Positions 24,220 to 33,663 of a DNA stretch of 48,304 nt are shown piece after piece. Numbering within the stretch: position 1 is the first letter of the stretch; each line of letters opens with the position of its first letter. The translations under genes and the position numbers were made by a program. This DNA is from an uncultured Clostridia bacterium (lineage in GTDB: Bacteria; Bacillota; Clostridia; Christensenellales; UBA1242). The notes beneath the pieces were generated by a model. It made no database searches and was not told the DNA's origin. It saw nothing but the letters and a program-made list of their open reading frames with translations. The stretch spans positions 1 to 48,304 of the forward strand of contig CANQFL010000002.1 in NCBI GenBank assembly GCA_947598785.1. The letters are read 5' to 3'.

Positions 24220-24684
24220 TTAATAACCTGTTAAGATAATTGGAAAGCCTACTACTACCTCGTTTTCGGAAATAGAAATTTGTAAATTTACTCTTTTTGA
24301 ATCCATATATATATAATTGTCATAATATGGTGTAACGCCACACAATACATTTCTTCCATCTTCAAGTGTGATTTGTTCTAAAATATCTACTTTTAACTTT
24401 TGTATTATATTTTCTATAGGTTCTTTTTTAAAATAAAACTGAAAACCTTTCATATTTTTTTTAAATTCATTTAAATTTGCTTTAGCAATTGAAAGAGAAC
24501 AATAATTATAATATAAATCTCCACTTTTAACAGATTCTACTCCATCAACCTCAAATTTATTTTCTGAAATAAAACAAACTTGTTCAACATTTTGCATATC
24601 AAAAAGTGGATTTGTTTCCACCTTTTCTAACATTGTTGGAAATAAACAAGCAATAATTAAAATAAAGAGAATAAGTTTTTTCAT
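24220..24684 (-). CDS. Secreted/lipoprotein-like hypothetical protein; weak resemblance to the YwmB (DUF1779) family
   Basis: The signal-like N-terminus MKKLILFILIIACLF may contain a lipobox IIAC. The C-terminal ...VVVGFPIILTGY resembles the G-PII--EY ending I recall for YwmB-type proteins. This assignment is not verified. Confidence 0.5.
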   Translation of the reverse strand: MKKLILFILIIACLFPTMLEKVETNPLFDMQNVEQVCFISENKFEVDGVESVKSGDLYYNYCSLSIAKANLNEFKKNMKGFQFYFKKEPIENIIQKLKVDILEQITLEDGRNVLCGVTPYYDNYIYMDSKRVNLQISISENEVVVGFPIILTGY

Positions 24685-24774
24685 AAATATAAATATTTCC
24701 TAAAATTTTTAATTAAACCATATAAAAAATAAAAAAAACGCCTAAAAAAAGACGTTTTTTGTATTTTTTTATTT

Positions 24775-25059
24775 TTAAATAAGTAAATATATTAAAAATG
24801 CCATTGCACCTAAAGAGATTACTAGACCAATTATACAAATCGCAAAAAATAAACTAGACTTGTTTTCCTTTTTTACCTTTTGTTTAGGCTCTTTAGCATC
24901 TATTTTTTTACTTTTGTCTGCACCACCGTTATTTTCAAATTGAACTTTCGATTGCACATCATTCATTTGTATATCTTGATTTATTTCTTTTTTCTCTTCA
25001 AGTTCAGAATTTTGTTTTAATTCTTTTGGTGGAGGTGGCATAAAGATTTTCCCTTCCAT
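24775..25059 (-). CDS. Small tail-anchored membrane protein, charged low-complexity N-terminal part
   Basis: ATG 25059 is preceded by GGAG with a 6-nt spacer. The protein has a PPPP segment, a K/E-rich region and a C-terminal TM (LFFAICIIGLVISLGAMAFLIYLLI). I recognise no family. Confidence 0.5.
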   Translation of the reverse strand: MEGKIFMPPPPKELKQNSELEEKKEINQDIQMNDVQSKVQFENNGGADKSKKIDAKEPKQKVKKENKSSLFFAICIIGLVISLGAMAFLIYLLI

Positions 25060-25110
25060 AATCTTCTCCTAAATAAATCTTAATCTAAAATATAAAAAAA
25101 GTCAAATAAA

Positions 25111-25632
25111 CTACAATAAATTCCAAACTTCACTACTATATTTGCTTTCTATCGTTTCAACAATTATAGATAAAATATATTTTTCTCCATCAACATAATC
25201 ACCTTCTGGTGTTATCAAATAATTACAAAAAGTTATTTTGTTTCCTCCTTTCAATACATCGTCAAAATAAAAATAGCCATCTTCTTTTTCTTCAAAATGT
25301 GAAGTTGTTACAAATTTAAAATCTCCAATTTCACCAAAAATTTTTGCTTTCACCCTGACATTTATGTCAGTGTTTAAGTCTTGAGCATTAATTTGAATCA
25401 CTTGAGGAATAGATTGATTTTGTAAATATGAACCATCAAATGTTAAAGAAACAACACTAGTTTGATTAGGTAAAACACCTATAGATATATTTTCTCCAAC
25501 TACCAAATCGCTTTTTGAATTTAAATATGTTACAGACGAAAAATAGCCCGTTACACCTAAAATCACAGATGTGACGAGCAATACTGAAAGAACTATTACG
25601 GCAAAAGGCCAAGCAATATCTTTTTTTGTCAT
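25111..25632 (-). CDS. Hypothetical N-terminally anchored exported protein
   Basis: N-terminal TM/signal anchor WPFAVIVLSVLLVTSVILGVTGYF followed by a beta-rich domain. It only weakly resembles TasA/camelysin-type SipW-substrate N-termini (GYFSSVTY...). Confidence 0.5.
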   Translation of the reverse strand: MTKKDIAWPFAVIVLSVLLVTSVILGVTGYFSSVTYLNSKSDLVVGENISIGVLPNQTSVVSLTFDGSYLQNQSIPQVIQINAQDLNTDINVRVKAKIFGEIGDFKFVTTSHFEEKEDGYFYFDDVLKGGNKITFCNYLITPEGDYVDGEKYILSIIVETIESKYSSEVWNLL

Positions 25633-25661
25633 AAAATTAGTTTTTCATTTTGAATAAAAAT

Positions 25662-27020
25662 TTATACTTTTACACCAGATTTTTTCAATTTTTTACGGCG
25701 TTTTAAACGTTCTTGCCTAAAATTTTCAATTTGAGTATGTCTAAATTGTTGACTTTCATTTTGTAAAGTAAGTCTTTTTTTAACCCAACGATATTTTCTA
25801 TTACCATAAATTGTATCATAAGTAATAATTCCAATTCCTTGTAGCAAATAGAAATAATAAGAACAAAAACGCCATAATATAAGAGCCCAGAATGTATCGC
25901 CTCCCAAAGCTGTAGAAAAAAGCAAGTTGAATGAGATTTCATTCATACCTGTTCCACCGGGAAGTGGTATAAAACTTGAAGCCAATTCAATTAAAGCAGT
26001 ATATAAGAAAAATTCAGAATATCTATTTGGATTAAAACCTTTAAAAGCACAGAAAATGAAAAATGGAATAGAATAAAGGCAAATAAATCTCAATGCATGC
26101 AATACAACTTGAACAACAACATCAAATTTTGCTTTGCTATATTCTTTCATTATGTTTTGATAGTCTTCAACAATACTTAATACTTTTGCATATGTTTTAT
26201 CATAATTTTTTATCAATTTCATCTTGGTCAGTAGTTTCAATCCACCAGATACAAGTTTTTTCCCTAATTTTTTTGATAAGGAAATAAATATAATTATTGC
26301 AATCATTCCTGCAGCAAGAATAAAACCAATAATGCTTGCAGCCGACACAAAATCAGTTGACATTCCATTTGTAAATGCTATTACAAGACAAACAAAAGCT
26401 ATGATAAGCCATGCTATATTTTGAAAAACTAATTTAGCAATAGGAATTGAAAGCGAAGTAGAAGCTGGAACATCTCTGCTAGTTAGATAAGTAACCATAA
26501 AGGCTTGCCCACCTGAAGAGAGAGGAGTTACTGCATCATAATATCTCAAAATACCCAATGATTTATAAGATAAGTGCCACCTTGAACGCATGGTTTTTTT
26601 ATAAATCATTCTATGGACAGAAATAACATCTACAGTAACGATTGCAACAAGCAACATTAATGCTGAGAAAACATACAAGAAATTAATCTTATCAAGTCTT
26701 AATGGAGAAAGTCCCTCAGTCGTATAAACATTCCAAATTAAAATGGCTGCGACAAGCAAAATATTGAAGATGAAGAAAACAATATTTCTTATTTTTTTGC
26801 TTTTCTCGGATGATTTAGAAACTTCTTTTGTAGCTTCTTCAATTTTTTCTTCAACTTTCTTTTCTTCTTCATCAGAAAGTTTTTCTTCAGCTTTAATTTT
26901 AGCTAACTTTTTTTCTCTTCTATCCTTATATATTTTTATAATGCGTGAAAAAAAAGAATGCTTTTCTTGAGCAGGTTCAATATTTTGTAAATCTTTTTCT
27001 TCTTGCTTATTTTTTTTCAT
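25662..27020 (-). CDS. UPF0104 / LPG-synthase-TM (flippase-like) family integral membrane protein with K/E-rich N- and C-terminal extensions
   Basis: Multi-TM protein with family-typical segments YDAVTPLSSGGQAFMVTYL and IPLPGGTGMNEISFNLLF. The N-terminal ~75 aa and the C-terminal tail (RQERLKRRKKLKKSG) are charged. Confidence 0.7.
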   Translation of the reverse strand: MKKNKQEEKDLQNIEPAQEKHSFFSRIIKIYKDRREKKLAKIKAEEKLSDEEEKKVEEKIEEATKEVSKSSEKSKKIRNIVFFIFNILLVAAILIWNVYTTEGLSPLRLDKINFLYVFSALMLLVAIVTVDVISVHRMIYKKTMRSRWHLSYKSLGILRYYDAVTPLSSGGQAFMVTYLTSRDVPASTSLSIPIAKLVFQNIAWLIIAFVCLVIAFTNGMSTDFVSAASIIGFILAAGMIAIIIFISLSKKLGKKLVSGGLKLLTKMKLIKNYDKTYAKVLSIVEDYQNIMKEYSKAKFDVVVQVVLHALRFICLYSIPFFIFCAFKGFNPNRYSEFFLYTALIELASSFIPLPGGTGMNEISFNLLFSTALGGDTFWALILWRFCSYYFYLLQGIGIITYDTIYGNRKYRWVKKRLTLQNESQQFRHTQIENFRQERLKRRKKLKKSGVKV

Positions 27021-27081
27021 ATAGCATTAATTTTATCAAAAAAAACAACCATTGTCAAACAATAGTTGCTTTTTAAATTAA

Positions 27082-28995
27082 TTAATTATACAAATAATTG
27101 GAGAACCATTCTTCTTTTGTAATAAATTTATTTCTAATATTGTCGATATCTAAATTTTGGAATTCTGTGAAGTTATCTTTAACAAGTTCTTCATATAAAA
27201 CATCAAACATTGTTTTATTTGAAAAGATGTTTGGATATGTGCTGGTAAGCTTATAAACAGATTCTTCTCTTGTCAAAGCAAAATTGTCACCAACAGGAAA
27301 TAGATTTTCAATATTACCTGCAAAGAAGAAAATATAATAACCATCATCTGTTTTAACTGGAGCAGTTAAATCTCCAATTTGTGGTTGAATAACTTTATTG
27401 TCTTTTCTAAAGAATTTTCCAATTTCTTCTTTAATATCATCTTTGTTGTAACTTTCACTTGCAACAATTTCTTTTGAAGAAAGGTTATATCCAAATACTA
27501 AATTTCTATCAGCATTTTTCAAACTATTTTCATCACTATAAGAGAACATATAGTTTCTAAAAATTTCTGCTTTTTGTTTAGCAATTAAAGCATTTTGTTC
27601 TGAAAGATAAGTTCCAAGGTCTTTTCCATCAAGTTCATCATCTGACACATCTTCAGCTGTACGATATTTTATATTGTTTAATTCATCAGCTAAATATTTA
27701 TATAAATTATCTACATTTTCAATGTCATCATGAATTTCATCATTTCCAGATTGTAAATTTACATTTGTGTTATTTTGACTTAAAATTTCTTTTAAATTTT
27801 CTTCTTTTTCTATAACATTACCGTTTTTATTTTCATTTTCAACGTCTTTCAATTGTAAAGTTGAAAAATTAACTTTTATAGCACCAACATAAAAATAATC
27901 AATGCCGTTATCTAAGATATAATCTACGTCTGCAACCTTAGAAAGCATATCACTTGCGAAAGTTTCAGAATCTCCTAAAGTGTAATAAGTGTTATAATCT
28001 GCTCTAACTTTAGAAGAATAATGATTTAAAACATCTGTAATAGTTATATTTGAAATTCCATCTTCTCTATTATTATTTTTATTGAAAATAGTTGTGTATT
28101 TTTCAACCAAATAATTTCTTTCCAAAATATCATAAATTCTATCTATTTCAAATCTTAACCATTCTTCATCATTCATAGTCAAATATGAATAACTATCTTT
28201 CAAATTTTTGATATAATCTCTAATAGCATTTTCCCATGCACGAACTGTTGAATTGCTTGAATTTTTATATTGGTTAATTATATTGTTGTATAACATATCC
28301 TTAAATTCATCTTTTCTAAGGTCATAAACTTTGCCTTCAGGAGTTTTTAAAAGATTATTTTTATCTGTTCTTATAGTTGTTGGAGTAGTTTTGTTAACAA
28401 TAACAGGTTGAGTTTTTTCTTCTTTTACATAATTTCCTTCGCTATCTTTTATAAATTCGCCATCACTATTTCTTTTGTTCACTTTAATTGTTTTTTCTTT
28501 AAATTCAACATTTGAATTATAAGGTGTATAAACAACATCACTAGAAGAATTTTCTTCTTCACTTGCATCTTTTTGAGTAACATCTAAAATTTCAAAATAT
28601 TCCTTTTCAATTCCAGCGATAATAGATGTATAAGCTTTATTCCAAAGATAAGAAGTTTCGTTGTCATTTAATACTTCCCCTTCTTGAGGATTTTTCTCAT
28701 AATAATCTTTTACTGCTTTAATTGTTGCGCGTTGGTCAACAATACTTTTTAAAGTTTCATCAATAGCTTTTTCATAAGAATAACCATAGTTTTGGACATA
28801 ATTATAGCCATAACTTGAATAAGCCAAAAGAAGTTCTCTTTTGTCAATATTATCTACAACTCCATCATTATAAGTTAGGGTTGCAACAACAGTTTCATAA
28901 TAATTTTTTTCATTGATTTCAAACAAAGAACAGCCTGCAAAAACAGACACGCACATAATCAAAACCAAAACTAAAGATAAAATTTTCTTTTTCAC
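27082..28995 (-). CDS. Large lipoprotein, PrsA/SurA-like chaperone candidate with a degenerate parvulin-like C-terminus
   Basis: GTG start at 28995 with GGAGAG 5 nt upstream. Signal peptide plus lipobox MKKKILSLVLVLIMCVSVFAGC. The C-terminal GDLTAPVKTDDGYYIFFFAG resembles the end of parvulin PPIase domains. The position directly downstream of mfd is typical for prsA-like genes in clostridia. Confidence 0.45.
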   Translation of the reverse strand: MKKKILSLVLVLIMCVSVFAGCSLFEINEKNYYETVVATLTYNDGVVDNIDKRELLLAYSSYGYNYVQNYGYSYEKAIDETLKSIVDQRATIKAVKDYYEKNPQEGEVLNDNETSYLWNKAYTSIIAGIEKEYFEILDVTQKDASEEENSSSDVVYTPYNSNVEFKEKTIKVNKRNSDGEFIKDSEGNYVKEEKTQPVIVNKTTPTTIRTDKNNLLKTPEGKVYDLRKDEFKDMLYNNIINQYKNSSNSTVRAWENAIRDYIKNLKDSYSYLTMNDEEWLRFEIDRIYDILERNYLVEKYTTIFNKNNNREDGISNITITDVLNHYSSKVRADYNTYYTLGDSETFASDMLSKVADVDYILDNGIDYFYVGAIKVNFSTLQLKDVENENKNGNVIEKEENLKEILSQNNTNVNLQSGNDEIHDDIENVDNLYKYLADELNNIKYRTAEDVSDDELDGKDLGTYLSEQNALIAKQKAEIFRNYMFSYSDENSLKNADRNLVFGYNLSSKEIVASESYNKDDIKEEIGKFFRKDNKVIQPQIGDLTAPVKTDDGYYIFFFAGNIENLFPVGDNFALTREESVYKLTSTYPNIFSNKTMFDVLYEELVKDNFTEFQNLDIDNIRNKFITKEEWFSNYLYN

Positions 28996-29074
28996 TTTAA
29001 CTCTCCGAAGTCCTTTTTAATCATTATATATTAACATATATTTAATTAAATTTCAAGTAAAACGAGGTTTTTTC

Positions 29075-30586
29075 TTAAACTTTTTGTGCTTTAGCCAACA
29101 TTTCAATTAAAACATCAACCTTTTCAATAACCTTTCCTTTGATATTTACTTTTAGAATAGGCGTATCTTCAAATTTTAAACGCGTATCATAAAACTTGCC
29201 AATATTCGACAATCTTTTATCAATAATCTCCTCACTTTTATAAAAATGTAACTCACAATCAATGTCATTAATCTTTATTTTTTTGACATTAAAATCTTTC
29301 GCTAAATTTTTTAAATATGCGATTTTACAAAGATTTTTAACTGATACAGGAACTTCTCCATTGCTTTGATTAAGTTCTTGTAAAACAGAATTGTATTCAT
29401 TTTCATTTGAAATTTTGCTTATTTTGTCATAAAAGACTATTCTTTCATCTTGAACAGGAATATAATCTTCACTTATATAGGCATCAAGTACAAGTTCCAT
29501 TTTAATTTCTTTTTCACTCGTAGTTTTTTGACCATTGACTTCTTTAGTTACTTCTTCAAGAAGTTTCACATACATATCATAACCAACTTTTTGCATATGA
29601 CCATGTTGTTCTTTTCCTAAGATATTACCTGCACCCCTAATCTCCAAATCTCGAATAGCTATTTTAAAACCACTACCAAGTTCTCTAAACTCCTTTATAG
29701 CATCAAGACGTTTATAAGCTTCCTCTGTTAAAATTTTTCCACCATTATAAGTAAGATAAGCATAAGCAAGTTTATCAGCTCGACCAATTCTTCCACGAAT
29801 TTGATAAAGTTGACTTAGACCAAGCATATCACAATCAACTACAAAAAGAGTGTTTAAAGTAGGTAAATCAATTCCATTTTCAATAAGAGTGGTAGAAATA
29901 AATAAATTAAATTTGTCATCATATAAATCATTTATTACTTTCGACAATTCCCTTTCCATCATTTGTCCATGAGCAACACCGACTTTCGCCTGTGGAATTA
30001 ACTCTTTAACATGACTTGCAAAATCGTAAATTTGTGAAACCTTATTGAAAAGAATCAAGGCTTTTCCATTTCTTGATAATTCTCTACTAACCACATCTTG
30101 TAAAAGTTCATCACTATATGTTGACACATAAGTTTGAATAGGTAATCTATCACGAGGTGGAGTTGCTATTACACTGATATCACGAATACCTGACAAAGAC
30201 ATATGTAAAGTTCTTGGAATTGGCGTTGCAGAAAGAGTAAGAACATCAATATCAGTTTTGATTTTCTTTATTTTTTCTTTATCTTTCACTCCAAATCTTT
30301 GTTCTTCATCAAGAACTAATAGCCCTAAATCTTTAAATTTAATTTTTTCATTTAATATTTTATGCGTTCCTATAAGGACATCAATTTTTCCTTCTTGCAA
30401 ACGTTTCAAAATATCATTAGTTTCTTTTTCTGTTCTAAACCTATTTAAAACTTCAATTCTTATTCCAAAATTATGCATTCTTTGAGTAGTTGAACGGAAA
30501 TGTTGTTCGCTTAGTATTGTTGTAGGGCATAAAAAAGCAACTTGTTTACTGTTATATACGGCTTTAAAATAGCACGAAAAGCCACT
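29075..30586 (-). pseudogene. mfd: Transcription-repair coupling factor Mfd, C-terminal frame (helicase motifs onward) after the frameshift
   Basis: This frame is open from 30586 and reads ...FKAVYNSKQVAFLCPTTILSEQHFRSTTQRMHNFGIRIEVLNRFRT...DEEQRFGV...TLSATPIPRTL...GQMMERELSKVI...RGRIGR. That continues the Mfd superfamily-2 helicase directly from the upstream fragment. Confidence 0.85.
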
Positions 30587-32196
30587 TCAGTTTTACCAAA
30601 TCCCACATCTCCACAAATCAATCTATCCATAATTTTATCGCTTTCCATATCGCTATCGATATCAGAAATAGCTTGAATTTGGTCTGGAGTTAAATCATAT
30701 TCAAATTCTTCGTCAAATTGTTTTTCTAATTCATCATCACGTACGAATTGAAACCCTTTCTTATCTTTTCTATCTTTGTATATTTTGGCAAGAGAAATTG
30801 CAACCTCTTTTAAATCTTCTTTTACTTTTTGTTTTAATTTTTGCCATTCATTTGAACCTAAAGAATTAAGTTTAGGTTCATCTCCTCCAATATAAGCTGA
30901 AACAAGATTCGCCTGCTCAGTTGGAAGATATAAAAGTGCTCCATTTTTGTATTCTAAAACGAAATAATCTTTTTCAAAATGAGATAATTTCATTCTGACT
31001 ATATCTTTACATCTACCAATTCCATAAAATGAATGTACAACAAAATCACCGACTTTAGGTAAATAAGAAAAATTTTGTTTACCTCTTCCAAACTCGATTT
31101 TACGATTTTTATACATATCATCAGTTCCAATTCCAATAATGCCAAAATCTAAAAAGCTAAAAGAATAAGGAAAATATGAATTTACAATATAAACTTTATA
31201 TTTCTCTTCAATTTCATTTTGAAAATCTTTAAAATTAATTTTGCTTGTCATTAAAAATTCACGCAAAATTTCATAATATTCTCCACAAAAAAGAAATATG
31301 TTCAGATTACCTTTTTTAAAAATTTCAATATCTTTTTTTAATTCCATAAAATCAGTAATATAACTTTTTTGTCCTATTGTTTTATTTTCAAAAGCATTTT
31401 TATTCATATTTGAAAAAACAACATAATTTGACAAATCTATATTTTCAAAATCTAAGAACAAGTCGTTTTTATTCCAAGAAAGTTGTTCTCTGCTTTGTTT
31501 AAGAATTTTACATTCATTTTCTATTTTTATTGGTTCATCAATAAAGATATTTTGAGATAAATCAAAAATAGTGTTTTCCCCTGTTTTTAAATAAATAGGA
31601 AGAATTGTTATACTTTCAAGATTTTTTTCTGTTTTCATGGTAGAAAAATCAAAGTTTATAATTTTCTCAATTTCATCATCAAAAAATTCTAAACGAGTTG
31701 GATAATCTTGTCCACTTACAAAAATATCAACTACATCGCCCCTTATAGCAAATTGACCTTGTATAGAAACATAATCCACTCTTTCAAAGCCAAAATCTGT
31801 CAGCATTTGTGAAAGTTGATTTAAATCATATTCTTGATTTATAGATAAAGTAATATTTTTCTTTAAAAACTCTATATCAAATTTTGTAGTTAAAGAAGAT
31901 GGCAAAAAAATAAGTCCGTCAAGTTCACAATTTATAAATTTGGTTAAATCTTGTGCAAAAGGAAAAAGATTGAAATCATGTTCATCTTCATTTTCTCTTC
32001 CACATGAAATTATTTTTACTTTTTTGCCAACAGCGTCAAGTCCACGCTTTAATTTGCTTGCAGAAACAAAATCTCCACAAACATAAATAAAATGCTCTTT
32101 TGAAGCAATATATAAAACTTTTTCTCCTGTAAAAAATCCACCTAATTGTTTTTCGCTAGGAAAATATTTTTTTAAAAATTCTACAAAGTTATTCAT
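30511..32196 (-). pseudogene. mfd: Transcription-repair coupling factor Mfd, N-terminal frame (UvrB-homology and RNAP-interaction domains through Walker A) before the frameshift
   Basis: GDFVVHSFYGIGRC (CarD/TRCF domain) ...DRLICGDVGFGKTEVAFRAI, after which the sequence goes out of frame (LKPYITVNKLLFYALQQY*). ATG 32196 overlaps the pth stop (ATGA). Confidence 0.85.
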
Positions 32197-32699
32197 ACTA
32201 AAAATCTCTGGTGAATCTCCTTCACAACTCTTTCAATAATAGGATTAAATTCATTTGTATTATATTTGGAAAGGACATAATCTACTAAATCTACAGTGAC
32301 ATCTCTGCCAATACCAACTTTAATTCGTTCAAAATCCTCGCCAATATAAGAAACAATGCTTCTAAGGCCATTATGTGTACCAGCAGAACCATGTTCACGA
32401 TATCTAATCGTACCTTTAGGCAAATCAATGTCATCAACAACAACAATTATTCTAGCATCAGAAAATTTTTTCTTTAAAAGAGATAAACTTTCGCCACTAT
32501 TGTTCATATACGTTTGAGGTTTCACTAACATAATTTTTTCGTTATTTAATATTTTGTCACCCACTAAAGCTTTATATTTCATTTTATCAATTTTAATATC
32601 TAAGTCCTTTGACAAAAAATCTATAACATCAAAACCAATGTTATGATATGTGTGTTGATATTTTAAATCGGGATTTCCAAGTCCAACAAAAATAATCAT
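32193..32699 (-). CDS. pth: Peptidyl-tRNA hydrolase
   Basis: MIIFVGLGNPDLKYQHTYHNIGFDVID...MNNSGESL...DDIDLPKGTIRYREHGSAGTHNGLRS carries the canonical Pth motifs. AAGGGG RBS. The TGA stop overlaps the mfd ATG. Confidence 0.9.
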   Translation of the reverse strand: MIIFVGLGNPDLKYQHTYHNIGFDVIDFLSKDLDIKIDKMKYKALVGDKILNNEKIMLVKPQTYMNNSGESLSLLKKKFSDARIIVVVDDIDLPKGTIRYREHGSAGTHNGLRSIVSYIGEDFERIKVGIGRDVTVDLVDYVLSKYNTNEFNPIIERVVKEIHQRFLV

Positions 32700-32708
32700 A
32701 AGAGCCCC

Positions 32709-33536
32709 TTAAATTTTTTTATTAATTAATGTTTCAAAAGGTCCAATAACTTTTCCTTTTTCTACCTTACTTTTTTCAAGATAACTTTGACAAATAAAAG
32801 ATTCATCACATACTATCGTATCAAAAATATAATTTCCACTTTCCAAAATGACATTTTTACCAATATAACTTTCGCCTTTTAATACATTGTTAGGATAAAT
32901 GATAGTTCCACTTTCAATTTCAACATCTGCATCAATAAAGATTGTATTCTCACCAAATAAAATCACTCCATTGTCTTTATGATACTCTAAAATTCTATCA
33001 TTTAAAATTTTAAAAGCGTAAGAAACCATTTTAGCGTCATTAATAATACTAAAATCTTCTTTATTAAATTCTTCCACAGCACTAGACATTAAAATTTTTG
33101 CATTTTTTAAATATTCTCCACGAAAGACATAACCCCTAAGCAGACGCAAAACATTCATTCTATTTTTTGAAAAATAATTCATTATATCTAAAAAAGTCTT
33201 TTTTCTTAAAAGAGGAGTGTCACTATATAAAACAGCGACATAATCAAATCCATCAGCAAGATTTTGTATAGTTTGCAAAAAATTTTCTTCTGTTGGTTCT
33301 TCTATAATCTTTTGTTTACACCCTGAAGTAGCCAAACCAACCCAATCAACCATCTTTTTCCCACAAATATCAAAATTTGAAGAAAACCCACTTTGAGGCT
33401 TAATAATGACAACAAGAGTTTCTTTTGCAACCCATTCAAAATTTTCAGTCTGAGTTATTGTTTCAGGCTCATTTAAAAAATCAAAACTTATTTGATTTTC
33501 ATCAACTTTATTTTCTATAATTTCATCTATGACCAT
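32709..33536 (-). CDS. Truncated, degenerate GlmU-like protein (nucleotidyltransferase-like fold plus the first turns of a left-handed beta-helix)
   Basis: Three segments align with B. subtilis GlmU (GcaD) as I recall it: ICGKKMVDWV with VCGKPMVEHV; VLYSDTPLL with ICGDTPLL; ILNDRILEYHKDNGVILFGENTIFIDADVEIESGTIIYPNNVLKGESYIGKNVIL with [55 protein letters not shown]. The LAAGxGTRM loop is replaced by IIKPQSGFSS. About 180 C-terminal aa (acetyltransferase site) are absent. Confidence 0.6.
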   Translation of the reverse strand: MVIDEIIENKVDENQISFDFLNEPETITQTENFEWVAKETLVVIIKPQSGFSSNFDICGKKMVDWVGLATSGCKQKIIEEPTEENFLQTIQNLADGFDYVAVLYSDTPLLRKKTFLDIMNYFSKNRMNVLRLLRGYVFRGEYLKNAKILMSSAVEEFNKEDFSIINDAKMVSYAFKILNDRILEYHKDNGVILFGENTIFIDADVEIESGTIIYPNNVLKGESYIGKNVILESGNYIFDTIVCDESFICQSYLEKSKVEKGKVIGPFETLINKKI

Positions 33537-33663
33537 ATGAATATTATAACCTATTTAGAAATAAGTTGTCAAACAAGTTTAATCAAGTAAAATAAATTTT
33601 ACAAAATTAAAAAAATATGAAAAATTATTTTTAAAAAAAACACTAATATGATAAAATAAACAC

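Noticed and set aside
25703-26970. Nested ORFs 25703..25942 (-), 26093..26287 (+), 26224..26424 (+) and 26743..26970 (+) within the UPF0104 gene; similarly 30258..30485, 34391..34648, 38078..38332, 39377..39882, 40150..40377, 41725..41991, 42847..43137, 43582..44118 and 45338..45523
   Set aside because: All overlap longer ORFs that carry clear family motifs. None has an RBS or a recognisable domain. Their compositions are those of alternative frames of AT-rich genes.
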